A DNA stretch of 64,000 nt from Candidatus Eiseniibacteriota bacterium (GTDB taxonomy: Bacteria; Eisenbacteria; RBG-16-71-46). The notes under the pieces are model-generated. The model was not told the origin of the DNA and ran no database searches. It saw only the letters and a list, made by a program, of their open reading frames with translations. Position 1 is the stretch's first letter. Each line of letters begins with the position of its first letter. Both the position numbers and the translations under genes were made by a program. The DNA lies in NCBI GenBank assembly GCA_031364845.1, contig JANLWX010000231.1, positions 51,864-115,863 of the forward strand. The letters run 5' to 3'. Positions 27,594 through 37,267 of the stretch are shown here, in pieces.

Positions 27594-28754
27594 ATGGATC
27601 GTCCGCCTCTGCTCGCGTTCTCGAACGTCCGCTGGGAGTCGTCCTTCCAGCGTCCTCATCAGGTGATGACGCGCATGGGCAACCGCCGCAACGTCGTGTT
27701 CATCGAAGAGCCGTTGGTCGGCGGACCCTCGTCATGGATGGAATCACTGCGCGTCGCCCCAGGAGTGCGTGTGTGCCGCCCCCATCTCGCAGCGCACGAG
27801 CCGGCGCCCGGCCACCAGCAGTTCCACGACCTCGACACGATGCTGCGGTCCTTCCTGGATCGCGAGAACATCACCGACCATGCGGCGTGGCTCTACACTC
27901 CGTCCGCAGTCAAGCTTGCGCGCGGACTCGAGCCGCGCGCGATCATCTATGATTGCACCGACAGCGTGGGCGCACTCGACGACCTTCCCGCGGGCGACGA
28001 ACGCGAGTTGCTCGCATGCGCCGACGCTGTATTGACGAGCGGTCCGAGCATCTTCCGCGCGCGCACCGACAGTCATCCGTTCGTGCGTTGCTTTCCCAAC
28101 AGCGTCGATGTCGCACAGTTCGCCGCGGCACGTGAAGGTCCCGAGCCCGCCGATCAGAACGCCCTTCCCCGTCCGCGGATCGGTTATCACGGGCCGGTGG
28201 ACGCGCGGATCGACTTCGCGATTCTGGACCAGATGGCGATCTCCCATCCCGAATGGGAGATCGTGCTCGCTGGGCCGGCAGTCGGCATCGACCCCTCTGA
28301 CATTCCGCAGCACGCAAACCTTCATCACTTCGATCACGTCGGTCATGCCGAGCTGCCGCGGTACATGTCGGGGTGGGATCTGTGCATTCTGCCGCTCGTG
28401 AGCAACGCATCGACGCGGTTCTTCAATCCGACGCAAGTGCTCGAAGGCCTTGCGGCCGATCGATCGGTCGTCTGCACGCCGATTCCCGATGTCGTCGAAC
28501 TCCACCCGGACATCGTCTACTTCGGCGCAGAAGCCGGCGGCTTCGTCGCAGCTTGCGAAGACGCGCTGGGCGCATCGGTTGCCGATCGCGAAGCGCGCCG
28601 GGCGCGAGCCGTGCGCCAGCTCAAGCGCAGTTCGTGGGACGAGACCGTGCGTCGCATGGACGAGATCCTTCACTATCTCGGGGACTTTGGACGTGCGCGC
28701 GAAAGCATGCTGCAGACGCGGGCACCATGGACCTACGAAGCCCGCGTATCGTGA
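27594..28754 (+). CDS. GT-B glycosyltransferase (type often associated with UDP-galactopyranose mutase), divergent
   Basis: FSNVRW..FQRPHQVM, WLYTP, IYDCTD, PNSVD, PRIGY.G.VDARID, LPRYMSGWD and NPTQVLE. Confidence 0.85.
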   Translation: MDRPPLLAFSNVRWESSFQRPHQVMTRMGNRRNVVFIEEPLVGGPSSWMESLRVAPGVRVCRPHLAAHEPAPGHQQFHDLDTMLRSFLDRENITDHAAWLYTPSAVKLARGLEPRAIIYDCTDSVGALDDLPAGDERELLACADAVLTSGPSIFRARTDSHPFVRCFPNSVDVAQFAAAREGPEPADQNALPRPRIGYHGPVDARIDFAILDQMAISHPEWEIVLAGPAVGIDPSDIPQHANLHHFDHVGHAELPRYMSGWDLCILPLVSNASTRFFNPTQVLEGLAADRSVVCTPIPDVVELHPDIVYFGAEAGGFVAACEDALGASVADREARRARAVRQLKRSSWDETVRRMDEILHYLGDFGRARESMLQTRAPWTYEARVS

Positions 28755-28887
28755 GGGTTGCGCGTGCGCGCGTGCCGCGAGGCGCACGAGGCCTGGGCGC
28801 CAGGGGATCGCGCACGCGGCGCCGCGCTGCCCTGGTGTTTGGCCACAGTGCCTGGGGCCACACCGTTCGCCCATATTCGTACGCTTC

Positions 28888-30627
28888 ATGAGCCGCGCGC
28901 TTGGAATCGCGTGCGCCACCCTTGTGGCCGTGACCGGCTGGATCGTGTGCGCGCGTGCCGCCTCGCTCGACATCAGGCTCGCCGGAGTGCAGGGCGAGAT
29001 GCGCCAGAACATCCTCTCCCATCTGTCGATCGATGAGCGCAAGAAGAAGGGGCTGACCGAAGCCGAAATCCGCGAAATCCACTCCGGCGCCGAACACGAG
29101 ATCCTCGCGGCACTCGAACCGTTCGGTTACTACCGCCCGTTCGTGACGTCGCGGCTCGACCACAAAGGCTCGCGCTGGCAGGCCCGTTACGACATCGACA
29201 TCGGCACGCCGATGCGCGTCGATTCGCTCGAGGTGAAGGTGACGGGCGACGGCGCCACAGACCTCCGCTTCCGGAAGCTGATCGCAGAATTTCCTCTGCA
29301 CCGCGGCGACGTGCTGTCCCATGCCCTCTACGAACTCGGCAAGGATCGTTTCAAGCTCGCCGCACTGAACGGCGGATATCTCGACGCCCGCTTCGAATTG
29401 GCGGAGATCCGCATCGATCTCGCACGCTACTCGTCGTCGGTCTTGCTCCATTACACAACCGGACCTTTCTATCGTTTCGGTCCGACCACGTTCCACCAGG
29501 ACGTGATCGACCCGCAATTGTTGCAGGGTTACGTGAAGTATCAGCGGGGTGACCCGCTCGACTTCAACAAGTTGATCGAACTCGAGCAGACGCTCGGCAA
29601 CAGCCCCTATTTCAGCCGCATCGAAGTGCTGCCGCGGCGCGATCTCGCGATTGGCAACGAGATCCCGATCGTGGTCGATCTGGTGCCGAGCACTCCCGGC
29701 AAGTACACCTTTGGCGCGGGATACGGCACCGACAACGGTCCCCACACGCGCGCGATGGCCGAATTGCGCCGCATCAATCGCCGCGGCCATCGGGCTGAAG
29801 TGGACGGGTCGCTCTCGACCACGGTTCAGAGCCTGACCGCGAACTACGTCATCCCGTGGCCCTATCCGCGCTCCGATGTCGTGACGCTCACGACCGGTTA
29901 CGCGATCGAGAAGAACGTCGAAGCGGCCGAAGAGCGCACGGCATTCGTCGGTGCCAGGCTCGCCCGGCTGTGGGCGGGGTGGCAGATGAACTACGGCGTG
30001 CAATACCGTCGCGAGCAATTCGAGATCGGGCTGGATGGCGGCAATGCGCGTTTCCTCGTGCCCTCGGCGAACTGGAGCAACGTCGTGTCGAACGATGCGC
30101 TCGATCCGACCAACGGACGCCGGCTCATCTTCAGCGTGAGCGGTGCGCACGAAAGCCTGCTGTCGACGGCCTCGTACGCCCGGCTCGAAGGTCATGCGCG
30201 CTGGATTCGCGCGTTCGGCAAACGCCATCGCCTGTTCGGGCGCGCCGAAACCGGACACACGTGGACGCCGTCGTTCCACGCGCTGCCGCCCTCAGCGCGC
30301 TTCTTCGCGGGCGGCGCGCAGAGCGTGCGCGGGTATGGGTTCCACACGCTCGGGCCGCGCGATGCGGCCGGCAACGTGACCGGTGGCCCCGTGCTGGCCG
30401 AGATCAGCCTCGAGTACGAGTATCGATTCCTCAAACGCTTCGGTGTGGCGACGTTCTTCGACGCCGGCAACGCCATGAACTCCTACCGTGATCGGATCGA
30501 GCAAGGTGCGGGCGGCGGCCTGCGCTGGCACTCACCCATCGGTCTCGTGCGCGTCGACGCCGGATTCCCGCTCACAACCGAACGCAAGCGCCCGGAGTTC
30601 CACCTCTCGATCGGACCTGCCCTGTGA
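28888..30627 (+). CDS. tamA: Autotransporter assembly complex outer-membrane protein TamA (Omp85 family)
   Basis: ALEPFGYY POTRA region, GAGYGTDNG, RFFAGGAQSVRGY, FFDAGNA, GLRWHSPIGLVRVD and C-terminal HLSIGPAL; adjacent to tamB. Confidence 0.93.
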   Translation: MSRALGIACATLVAVTGWIVCARAASLDIRLAGVQGEMRQNILSHLSIDERKKKGLTEAEIREIHSGAEHEILAALEPFGYYRPFVTSRLDHKGSRWQARYDIDIGTPMRVDSLEVKVTGDGATDLRFRKLIAEFPLHRGDVLSHALYELGKDRFKLAALNGGYLDARFELAEIRIDLARYSSSVLLHYTTGPFYRFGPTTFHQDVIDPQLLQGYVKYQRGDPLDFNKLIELEQTLGNSPYFSRIEVLPRRDLAIGNEIPIVVDLVPSTPGKYTFGAGYGTDNGPHTRAMAELRRINRRGHRAEVDGSLSTTVQSLTANYVIPWPYPRSDVVTLTTGYAIEKNVEAAEERTAFVGARLARLWAGWQMNYGVQYRREQFEIGLDGGNARFLVPSANWSNVVSNDALDPTNGRRLIFSVSGAHESLLSTASYARLEGHARWIRAFGKRHRLFGRAETGHTWTPSFHALPPSARFFAGGAQSVRGYGFHTLGPRDAAGNVTGGPVLAEISLEYEYRFLKRFGVATFFDAGNAMNSYRDRIEQGAGGGLRWHSPIGLVRVDAGFPLTTERKRPEFHLSIGPAL

Positions 30628-33600
30628 GCCCGCGTGCTCGTTTGTGGGTGAAGCGCGCGGCGCTCACGATCACGACGCTCGCGGTCCTCGTCACGGCGAC
30701 CATCGCGTGGCTCATCAGCACCGTGTCCGGAGCGCGGTGGGGATTCGAACGGATCGACGCGTTTCTACCGGGAACGTTGCGCGTCGAGTACGTGACCGGC
30801 CGGCTGAGCGGCCCGCTCGAAGTGCGCCGGCTGCGCTACGAGAGCGACCGGATCCAGATCTCGATCGAGCGTCTGGCCATCGACTGGAGCTTGCGCGCGC
30901 TCGCGCTGCGCCGCCTCGACGTGCGCACGCTGGATGCGGACAGCGTGCGCATCGTTCATCTGACGCCCAAGGAGGCGGCGGCCGCGGAAGACACGCTCAA
31001 GCCCGAGTTGCCCGACCTCGATCTTCCGATGGACGTGATGATCCGCAAAGCCCGAGTGACCGGGCTGTTCGTCACCGGCGCCGAAGCCGAGAGCGCGTTC
31101 GTCGTCGAACGGATCGACCTCACGTCGGGCTCTTTCCGCGACACGCTCGGCATCGGCCTGCTCGTGATGCAGATGCCGCGCGGACGACTCGAACTCGAGG
31201 GACGCGCGCGTCCCAACGGACGGTATGCGGTGGATCTTCGCGCGCGCTGGTCGTTTCGCACCGAAGGCGATCGCCTGTGGAGCGGAGACGGACGCCTCGT
31301 CGGTTCACTCGACACGGTACGCGTGATCCAGGACGTGCGTTCGCCGTTTCAAGCCCACATCGAGGGACTCGCCTTCGAACCGCTGCGCCATCCGCGCTTC
31401 GACGCCGTCATCGACTTCTCGCGCATGGATCCGCGCGTCTTCGGCGATTCCTACCCTGCCGCGGTTGCGAGCGGGCGCATGACGGTCGCGGGAACGCCCG
31501 ACACGTTCGACACGCGCGGCTCGGTCGATGCGATCACGCGATCGTGGGGACACGTGATGGGCAGCTATCGATTCTCACGCGCGCCGGAACAGGTACGCTT
31601 TCAGGAGATCGTCGTGACCCAGCCCGGGCGCCCGTCGCGCATCGTCGCTCAGGGACGCATCGCGACTGTCGGAGAAAGTCCTGCCATGCAGTTTCAGGGA
31701 CGCTGGACCCGGCTCGAATTCCCCCTCACCGGAACGCCGCATGCGTTCAGTCCGACCGGAGCGTTCCGCATCGCAGGAACGACCGACCGCTATCGGCTGA
31801 GCTCCGAAGCGATGCTCGGCGTGAAATGGGTACCCCCCACTCCGGTCAAGGTCGCGGGAACCGGCACCCCGCGCGTGATCGATCTGAACACGATCTCGGG
31901 AGCGTTGCTCGGAGGAAACGTCGCCGGCCGCGGCCGCGTGACGCTCGATGCTCCGCTTGGATGGAATCTCACGTTCACGGCGCGCGATCTCGATCCGTCG
32001 ACGGTGTGGCAGGCGTATCCCGGCAGCTTCGGCTTCGAAGCGCGAACGCGCGGTGACGCGCGCGACGGCGGCCCGGTCGGTGTCGTCACGATCGAGAACC
32101 TCAGCGGGCAGGTGCGCGAAGAGCCGGTCTCGGGACGACTCGATCTGGATCTGGTCCCCGGCGGCAATTCGGTGAGGAACCTCGCGGTGCTATGGGGAAC
32201 GAATGAGCTCACCGCCTCGGGCCTGCTCGCCGATCGGTGGGATCTCGACTGGACCCTGAACGCCCCCGACCTCAGCGTGATCCCGCATGGCGCGGGACGC
32301 ATGATCGCCCAGGGACACTTCGGCGGTTCGGAGGCTGGCCCCCACATCACGGCGTCGCTCGAAGCCGATTCGATACGTTGGAAACACGACGGTGCGCACC
32401 GCGTGACGCTCGATGCGGACATCGACCTGGGCGGTGGCCGGGTCGGCAAGCTCGACGCCGAAGCCGCGGGACTTCACGTCGCGTCCCGATCGCTCCTGCA
32501 CGCCGGCGTCCATGGCAGCGGGTGGCGAGACGCGCACGAAGTGACCCTCACCGCACGCAACGGCTCGGACAGCATCCGCACTGCGGTCCGTGGAGGACTC
32601 TTGGACGGCGAGTGGCGCGGAGATCTCACGCAGATGGATCTCGTCTCGCAGGACTTCGGATCGTGGTCGCTCGACAGCAGCGCGGCCGCGCTCGCGGCGA
32701 GCCGCGAGGCTGCATCGATGCGCGGCTTCTCGTGGAAATCCGGGGCCTCGCGAGTGGATCTCGACGCCACGTGGCGCAAGGGCAACACGTGGACACTGAA
32801 CAGCATCCTCGAGAGCATCCGGCTCGCGGTGCTCCAGCCGTTCATGCCGCCCGCCGTGACGATCGAAGGCACCTTCGCCGGAGCAGTTCACGCGCGAGGA
32901 ACCGGATCTCAGGTGGCCGGCGACGCCCAGATCGATCTTGGTCAAGGCGAACTGCGCTATCCGGTCGGTAAGAAGAAGACGGGAACCACCACGATCGAAC
33001 CGAGCACGATCCGGGCGTTCGCCGACGGACGCTCCGTGTCCGGTGAAGCCGCGTTGTCGTTCGGCGCGGCGGGCACCGTCAGCGGTCACGTCCGGATGCC
33101 GCAGAGGTCAGGCGGTGACGCGCTCGACGGAGCGTTGAAGGTCGCATTGACCGATCTCGGCGTTGCGCAGGTGGTGCTGCCCGAACTCACGGCGACGCGC
33201 GGCCGGCTCGATGCCGACCTGCGGCTATCGGGTACCCGCTCCCGTCCGCAGTGGTCCGGTCAGGCGGCACTCAGCGAAGGTGCGGCGGACGTCCCGAGGT
33301 ACGGGCTCGAACTGCGTGACGCGCAATTCAAGGTGCAGGGTCAGGGCGGGAGCCTCGCGTTCGACGGCGGTATGCGCTCGGGTCCGGGAACGTTGCAGGT
33401 AAAGGGAGATGCCCAGCTCACCCCGGGTGTGGCGCGCGCCCAGGCCACGCTTACCGGCAGCCGCTTCCAGGCTTCGAAGACGCAGAGCCTCAACGTGCTC
33501 GTCTCTCCGCAGCTTCACATCACGATGGTCGGAGATTCGGCGCGGCTCACCGGTGAAGTGCTGATTCCCGAAGCTGACATCCGCAATCAGGAGCGCCAGC

Positions 33601-34385
33601 GCGAGGCGATCGGTTCCTCCAAGGACGTCGTCTACGTCGGTGCCGACTCCGGCGCATTCGAGAAGCGCGCGGCGTTCGTGATGTCGTCTTCCGTGCGTCT
33701 GGTGCTCGGCGAACTGGTGCGCATCCGCGCGGCCGGGCTCGATGCACGGCCCACCGGCAGCGTGCTCGCGATCGACAAACCCGGCTCACCGATGTCCGGC
33801 AGCGGCGAATTGAATCTCACCGGAGGTACCTATAAGGCGTACGGGCAGGACCTGCGCATCGAACGCGGCCGCCTGTTCTTCGCGGGCGGGCTCATTGCGA
33901 ATCCCGGTCTCGACTTTCGCGCCTCGCGGCTTGCGCGCGACGGAGTGGTCGCCGGTTTCGAAGTGACGGGAACGCTCGAAACCCCGCGCTTCGCGTTGTT
34001 CTCGGATCCGCCGATGGCCGAGCGCGACGCGCTCGCCTATGTCGTGCTCGGGCACAAGCTCAACGACAAGAGTGAATCGGAGTCGGGCATCGTCACGTCG
34101 GCCGCGCAGTCGCTGGGCTTGAGCGGCGGCAATCTCATCGCGAGTTCGGTGGCGAGCCGGTTCGGAATCGACGAGGCCTCCATCGAAACCGAGGGAACGC
34201 TCGAGCAGGCTCAGTTGATGCTCGGGACGTACCTGTCGCCGCGCGTCTACGTGAACTACGGGATCGGCGTGATCGACCCGGTGAGCCTGCTGCGGATCCA
34301 ATACTTCCTCAACAGCAAGTGGACGCTGCACGCCGAGACCGGCAGCCAGAGCAGCGCTGAAGTGCTGTACACGATCGAGCGCTAG
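30624..34385 (+). CDS. tamB: Translocation/assembly module TamB
   Basis: N-terminal anchor (STVSGARW), long beta-rich repeats, C-terminal GTYKAYGQDL..NPGLD..FSDPPM..ALAYVVLG..LGTYLSPRVYVNYG; GTGA overlap with tamA. Confidence 0.93.
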   Translation: MSPRARLWVKRAALTITTLAVLVTATIAWLISTVSGARWGFERIDAFLPGTLRVEYVTGRLSGPLEVRRLRYESDRIQISIERLAIDWSLRALALRRLDVRTLDADSVRIVHLTPKEAAAAEDTLKPELPDLDLPMDVMIRKARVTGLFVTGAEAESAFVVERIDLTSGSFRDTLGIGLLVMQMPRGRLELEGRARPNGRYAVDLRARWSFRTEGDRLWSGDGRLVGSLDTVRVIQDVRSPFQAHIEGLAFEPLRHPRFDAVIDFSRMDPRVFGDSYPAAVASGRMTVAGTPDTFDTRGSVDAITRSWGHVMGSYRFSRAPEQVRFQEIVVTQPGRPSRIVAQGRIATVGESPAMQFQGRWTRLEFPLTGTPHAFSPTGAFRIAGTTDRYRLSSEAMLGVKWVPPTPVKVAGTGTPRVIDLNTISGALLGGNVAGRGRVTLDAPLGWNLTFTARDLDPSTVWQAYPGSFGFEARTRGDARDGGPVGVVTIENLSGQVREEPVSGRLDLDLVPGGNSVRNLAVLWGTNELTASGLLADRWDLDWTLNAPDLSVIPHGAGRMIAQGHFGGSEAGPHITASLEADSIRWKHDGAHRVTLDADIDLGGGRVGKLDAEAAGLHVASRSLLHAGVHGSGWRDAHEVTLTARNGSDSIRTAVRGGLLDGEWRGDLTQMDLVSQDFGSWSLDSSAAALAASREAASMRGFSWKSGASRVDLDATWRKGNTWTLNSILESIRLAVLQPFMPPAVTIEGTFAGAVHARGTGSQVAGDAQIDLGQGELRYPVGKKKTGTTTIEPSTIRAFADGRSVSGEAALSFGAAGTVSGHVRMPQRSGGDALDGALKVALTDLGVAQVVLPELTATRGRLDADLRLSGTRSRPQWSGQAALSEGAADVPRYGLELRDAQFKVQGQGGSLAFDGGMRSGPGTLQVKGDAQLTPGVARAQATLTGSRFQASKTQSLNVLVSPQLHITMVGDSARLTGEVLIPEADIRNQERQREAIGSSKDVVYVGADSGAFEKRAAFVMSSSVRLVLGELVRIRAAGLDARPTGSVLAIDKPGSPMSGSGELNLTGGTYKAYGQDLRIERGRLFFAGGLIANPGLDFRASRLARDGVVAGFEVTGTLETPRFALFSDPPMAERDALAYVVLGHKLNDKSESESGIVTSAAQSLGLSGGNLIASSVASRFGIDEASIETEGTLEQAQLMLGTYLSPRVYVNYGIGVIDPVSLLRIQYFLNSKWTLHAETGSQSSAEVLYTIER

Positions 34386-34597
34386 CCCGCTGGCCCCTGC
34401 GCGGGGCCGCCCGATTGCCACGGCGCACCGGATCCAAAGCTACAACGCTTGTAAGAATCCGCGATTCATTCCAACAATTTCCCTGCGATCGGGCCGCCCC
34501 CAGTACTTCGCGTTCGACATGACCGAGCCGCGGTACTGCGTTGGGGTTCAAATGGTTATTACAATTGATGATCCGGGGCAAGTTCGCACTTACGGAG

Positions 34598-34613
34598 TGG
34601 CATGCTGGGTGCT
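34598..34613 (+). promoter_or_regulatory. Sigma54-like -24/-12 promoter in a long intergenic region
   Basis: TGGCATGCTGGGTGCT (GG-N10-GC), preceded by an AT-rich stretch at about 34549-34572. Confidence 0.45.
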
Positions 34614-34917
34614 CTGTTGTTAGATCGCATCCGCGCGTGAGCGGCGAGAGACATGAGTCCGGTGGCACCAACGTCAGGGAGTGCCAGGACCGGAACCAGC
34701 GAAGCGGGACAGCGGCTCACGTACCGTTTGAGTGGCACAACGAGCACAAGACGATCGCAGAGACGTTTGACTGATATTCCACGAAGCGACCGTTGATGCG
34801 ATCAAACGCGGTCCTGTTTCACTGGTCTTGCGACCAGCCTGAATTCCAGAGGCGCCTGCGCACGGACGCGAGGCGCCTCTTCTATTGTTCCGGACTCGTC
34901 TTCCCCGCGACCCGCCC

Positions 34918-34947
34918 GGTGGACAATGTGGACAAGTCTGTGGGGAA
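34918..34947. promoter_or_regulatory. Cluster of three DnaA-box-like 9-mers
   Basis: GGTGGACAA, TGTGGACAA, gtc, TGTGGGGAA (reverse complements TTGTCCACC, TTGTCCACA, TTCCCCACA). Confidence 0.4.
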
Positions 34948-35004
34948 CTCCAACTATCCGAAGCGTACGTACGATCGAACGCCTGCCACTTTCAGGAGAC
35001 GAAC

Positions 35005-35484
35005 ATGAACACGAGAGTCCGCGACGAAAGCAGCACCACCGACCGCGAGATCGCCCTGTCACGCGTGGTCGACGCTCCTCGAGAAGCCGTCTTCGTCGCG
35101 TGGACCGAACCCGAGCAGGTGGCGGACTGGTGGGGCCCCGACGGCTTCACGAACACGATCGGGGAGATGGAGGTGCGGCCGGGTGGCGTGTGGCGTTTTG
35201 TCATGCACGGGCCCGACGGCGTCGACTATCCGAATCACATCGTGTTCATCGAAGTCGTGGAGCCGGAGCGGCTGGTCTACAGCCACCGCGGCGACGATGG
35301 CGAGGCGGGCGGCACGTTCCTCGTGACGGTGACGTTCGGTGAACTGGACGGCAAGACTCACGTCACGATGACGTTGCTGTTCGACACGGTGGAACACCAC
35401 GACCGCGTGGTCGAGGAGTTCAGTATGATCGACGGCGGCAAGCAGGCGCTCGGCCGCCTCGCGCGGTTCGTGAAGGGCGTGTAG
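35005..35484 (+). CDS. SRPBCC/AHSA1-like (START-like) protein
   Basis: AGGAG RBS; SRVVDAPREAVFVAWTEPE..WWGPDGF..EVRPGGVWRFVMHGPDG. Confidence 0.93.
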   Translation: MNTRVRDESSTTDREIALSRVVDAPREAVFVAWTEPEQVADWWGPDGFTNTIGEMEVRPGGVWRFVMHGPDGVDYPNHIVFIEVVEPERLVYSHRGDDGEAGGTFLVTVTFGELDGKTHVTMTLLFDTVEHHDRVVEEFSMIDGGKQALGRLARFVKGV

Positions 35485-35535
35485 TACGGCAGGCATCGCG
35501 GCCACGCCCGCCCGCAGCGGGTGCCCCGCGCGCGC

Positions 35536-37038
35536 TCAGGGTTGCGGAATCTCGATCAGGGTCGTGGTGTTCGATGTCCACCGCACGAGGATCCGGCCCG
35601 AGCGGCTGAGCTGGGCCATACACTCGACGAACGCGCGCGGGTAGTTGGCGCCGTTGAACGCCTCGCCCTGCGGAACGTTGGGCACGATCGCGAACCGGAT
35701 GTGATGACGCCGTAGCGCCATCAGCGCCGAATCGCAGTCGGCGGTCAGGAACATCTCGACCGGATGCGACGGCTGGCCCCATGGAATCGGCCACGTCGCC
35801 GCGCGCCCGCTGTAGTAGACCGTGTCGTAGGTGTAGAGCGACAGCACGGTCGCCTGCTCGGGAACGTGCTCCCGCACCGCCTGCATCACGGGATCGAGTT
35901 CGGGAGGCGCGTCGAGATACACGCGATAGTTCTGGAGTGTCGCGACGAAATAGGCCGCGATGGCGAGCAGTGCGATGTCGCACGCCATCACCAGTCCCCG
36001 TCGCGCCGCCAGCGACTCCGCCACCGCCAGCGCGCCGAGCACCGCGAGCGCCACGATCACGGGCAGCATGTGACGTGCGTCGAGCAACGGCTGCAACGGT
36101 GCCAGCGCAATCAGCGCGAGGCACACTCCGATCAATCCGACTCCCAGCGACCCGCGCCGACGCACGATCGCGACCGATAGCGCGCCGAGCAACATCACGC
36201 CGATGCCGGCGCCGATGTAGAGACCCATCTGGCGGTAGAACGAGCCGGGTGAAGGCGTGAAGGTCGCCTTGTTGAGCGCGTAGAGCAGCGGATCCAGATC
36301 CGGGGCGAGCGCCGGATAGACCGGACTGCCGTAGAAGATCTGGTTGCGCACGAACATCGGCAACGCGATCGCGACGCCGATGATCGCGGCATACGCAAAG
36401 TGACGCGCGACCCTGCGCTCGCCGCGCCATGCGTAGAAGCCCGCGAGGCCGAACGTGACCGCGACCAGTGCCAGCGACGAATGCTTGGCGACCAGCGCCA
36501 GGCCGATCACGACGCCAAGCATCACGGCACTGCGCGCGCGCGTCGAACGGCGCACGACCAGCATCAACAGCAGTGCTGTCACGGCCAGCAGCGTCGTCAG
36601 CTGTTCGACGTACATGCGGACCGCATGCACGCCGAGCCACGCGTTCGCGATGCAGAGACACACCGCCCACCGGCCTGCCGAGGCCGAGCCGAGCCGGCGG
36701 CACAGCATCACGATCGAAAGCAGCAGCGTCCCCGTGATCGCGACGTTCAGCAGCTTGAAGCCCGCCTCGCCGCCCGCCTTGACCGCCCCGGCGCCGAGCA
36801 TGTGATAGAGCGGCGGGTAGTAGTAGGAGAACCCGGAGTAGAGCTCGGGGATCGTGCGCGGAAGCGTTCCGTGCACGGCGATCCATTGCGACATGAACGC
36901 GTGGAAACACTCGTCGGTCGAGAGGCGCGCGCCGAGCGCCTGCGGAATCAACCCGGCCACCCACACGAGTGCGAGCACCAGCGTCAGCGCGCCGGCGGCG
37001 ATGTCCCACGTGATCGCGCCGTGTTTGCGGCCGGGCAT
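35536..37038 (-). CDS. GT-C glycosyltransferase (ArnT/PMT, GT39-like)
   Basis: STDECFH (DE motif), YYPPLYH, YVE, LVAK and RNQIFYGSPVYP; multi-TM. Start uncertain. Confidence 0.85.
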   Translation of the reverse strand: MPGRKHGAITWDIAAGALTLVLALVWVAGLIPQALGARLSTDECFHAFMSQWIAVHGTLPRTIPELYSGFSYYYPPLYHMLGAGAVKAGGEAGFKLLNVAITGTLLLSIVMLCRRLGSASAGRWAVCLCIANAWLGVHAVRMYVEQLTTLLAVTALLLMLVVRRSTRARSAVMLGVVIGLALVAKHSSLALVAVTFGLAGFYAWRGERRVARHFAYAAIIGVAIALPMFVRNQIFYGSPVYPALAPDLDPLLYALNKATFTPSPGSFYRQMGLYIGAGIGVMLLGALSVAIVRRRGSLGVGLIGVCLALIALAPLQPLLDARHMLPVIVALAVLGALAVAESLAARRGLVMACDIALLAIAAYFVATLQNYRVYLDAPPELDPVMQAVREHVPEQATVLSLYTYDTVYYSGRAATWPIPWGQPSHPVEMFLTADCDSALMALRRHHIRFAIVPNVPQGEAFNGANYPRAFVECMAQLSRSGRILVRWTSNTTTLIEIPQP

Positions 37039-37267
37039 CGCGCGCGAGGATTCTGATGGATCGCGGCGCGCGCGGGATCGCGCGGTCACGCGGGTTCGGT
37101 CCTCGCCATCGTCGCTACGCGCATCGGTCGGTCTCCATGAGCGGGCGGTCCGGGTGAGCGTGTCGGACCCGCCGGGCCGGGCGCCGCGCGATCTTGCCCG
37201 ACGCATCGTGCTTATGCCAAATTGCCGCGATTGATGGACTCGACCCACAGGATACGGAGGCCGTTCT

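Noticed and set aside
37203..37220. TGGCATAAGCACGATGC (minus strand) as a fifth sigma54 promoter
   Set aside because: The spacing is GG-N12-GC, not the required N10.
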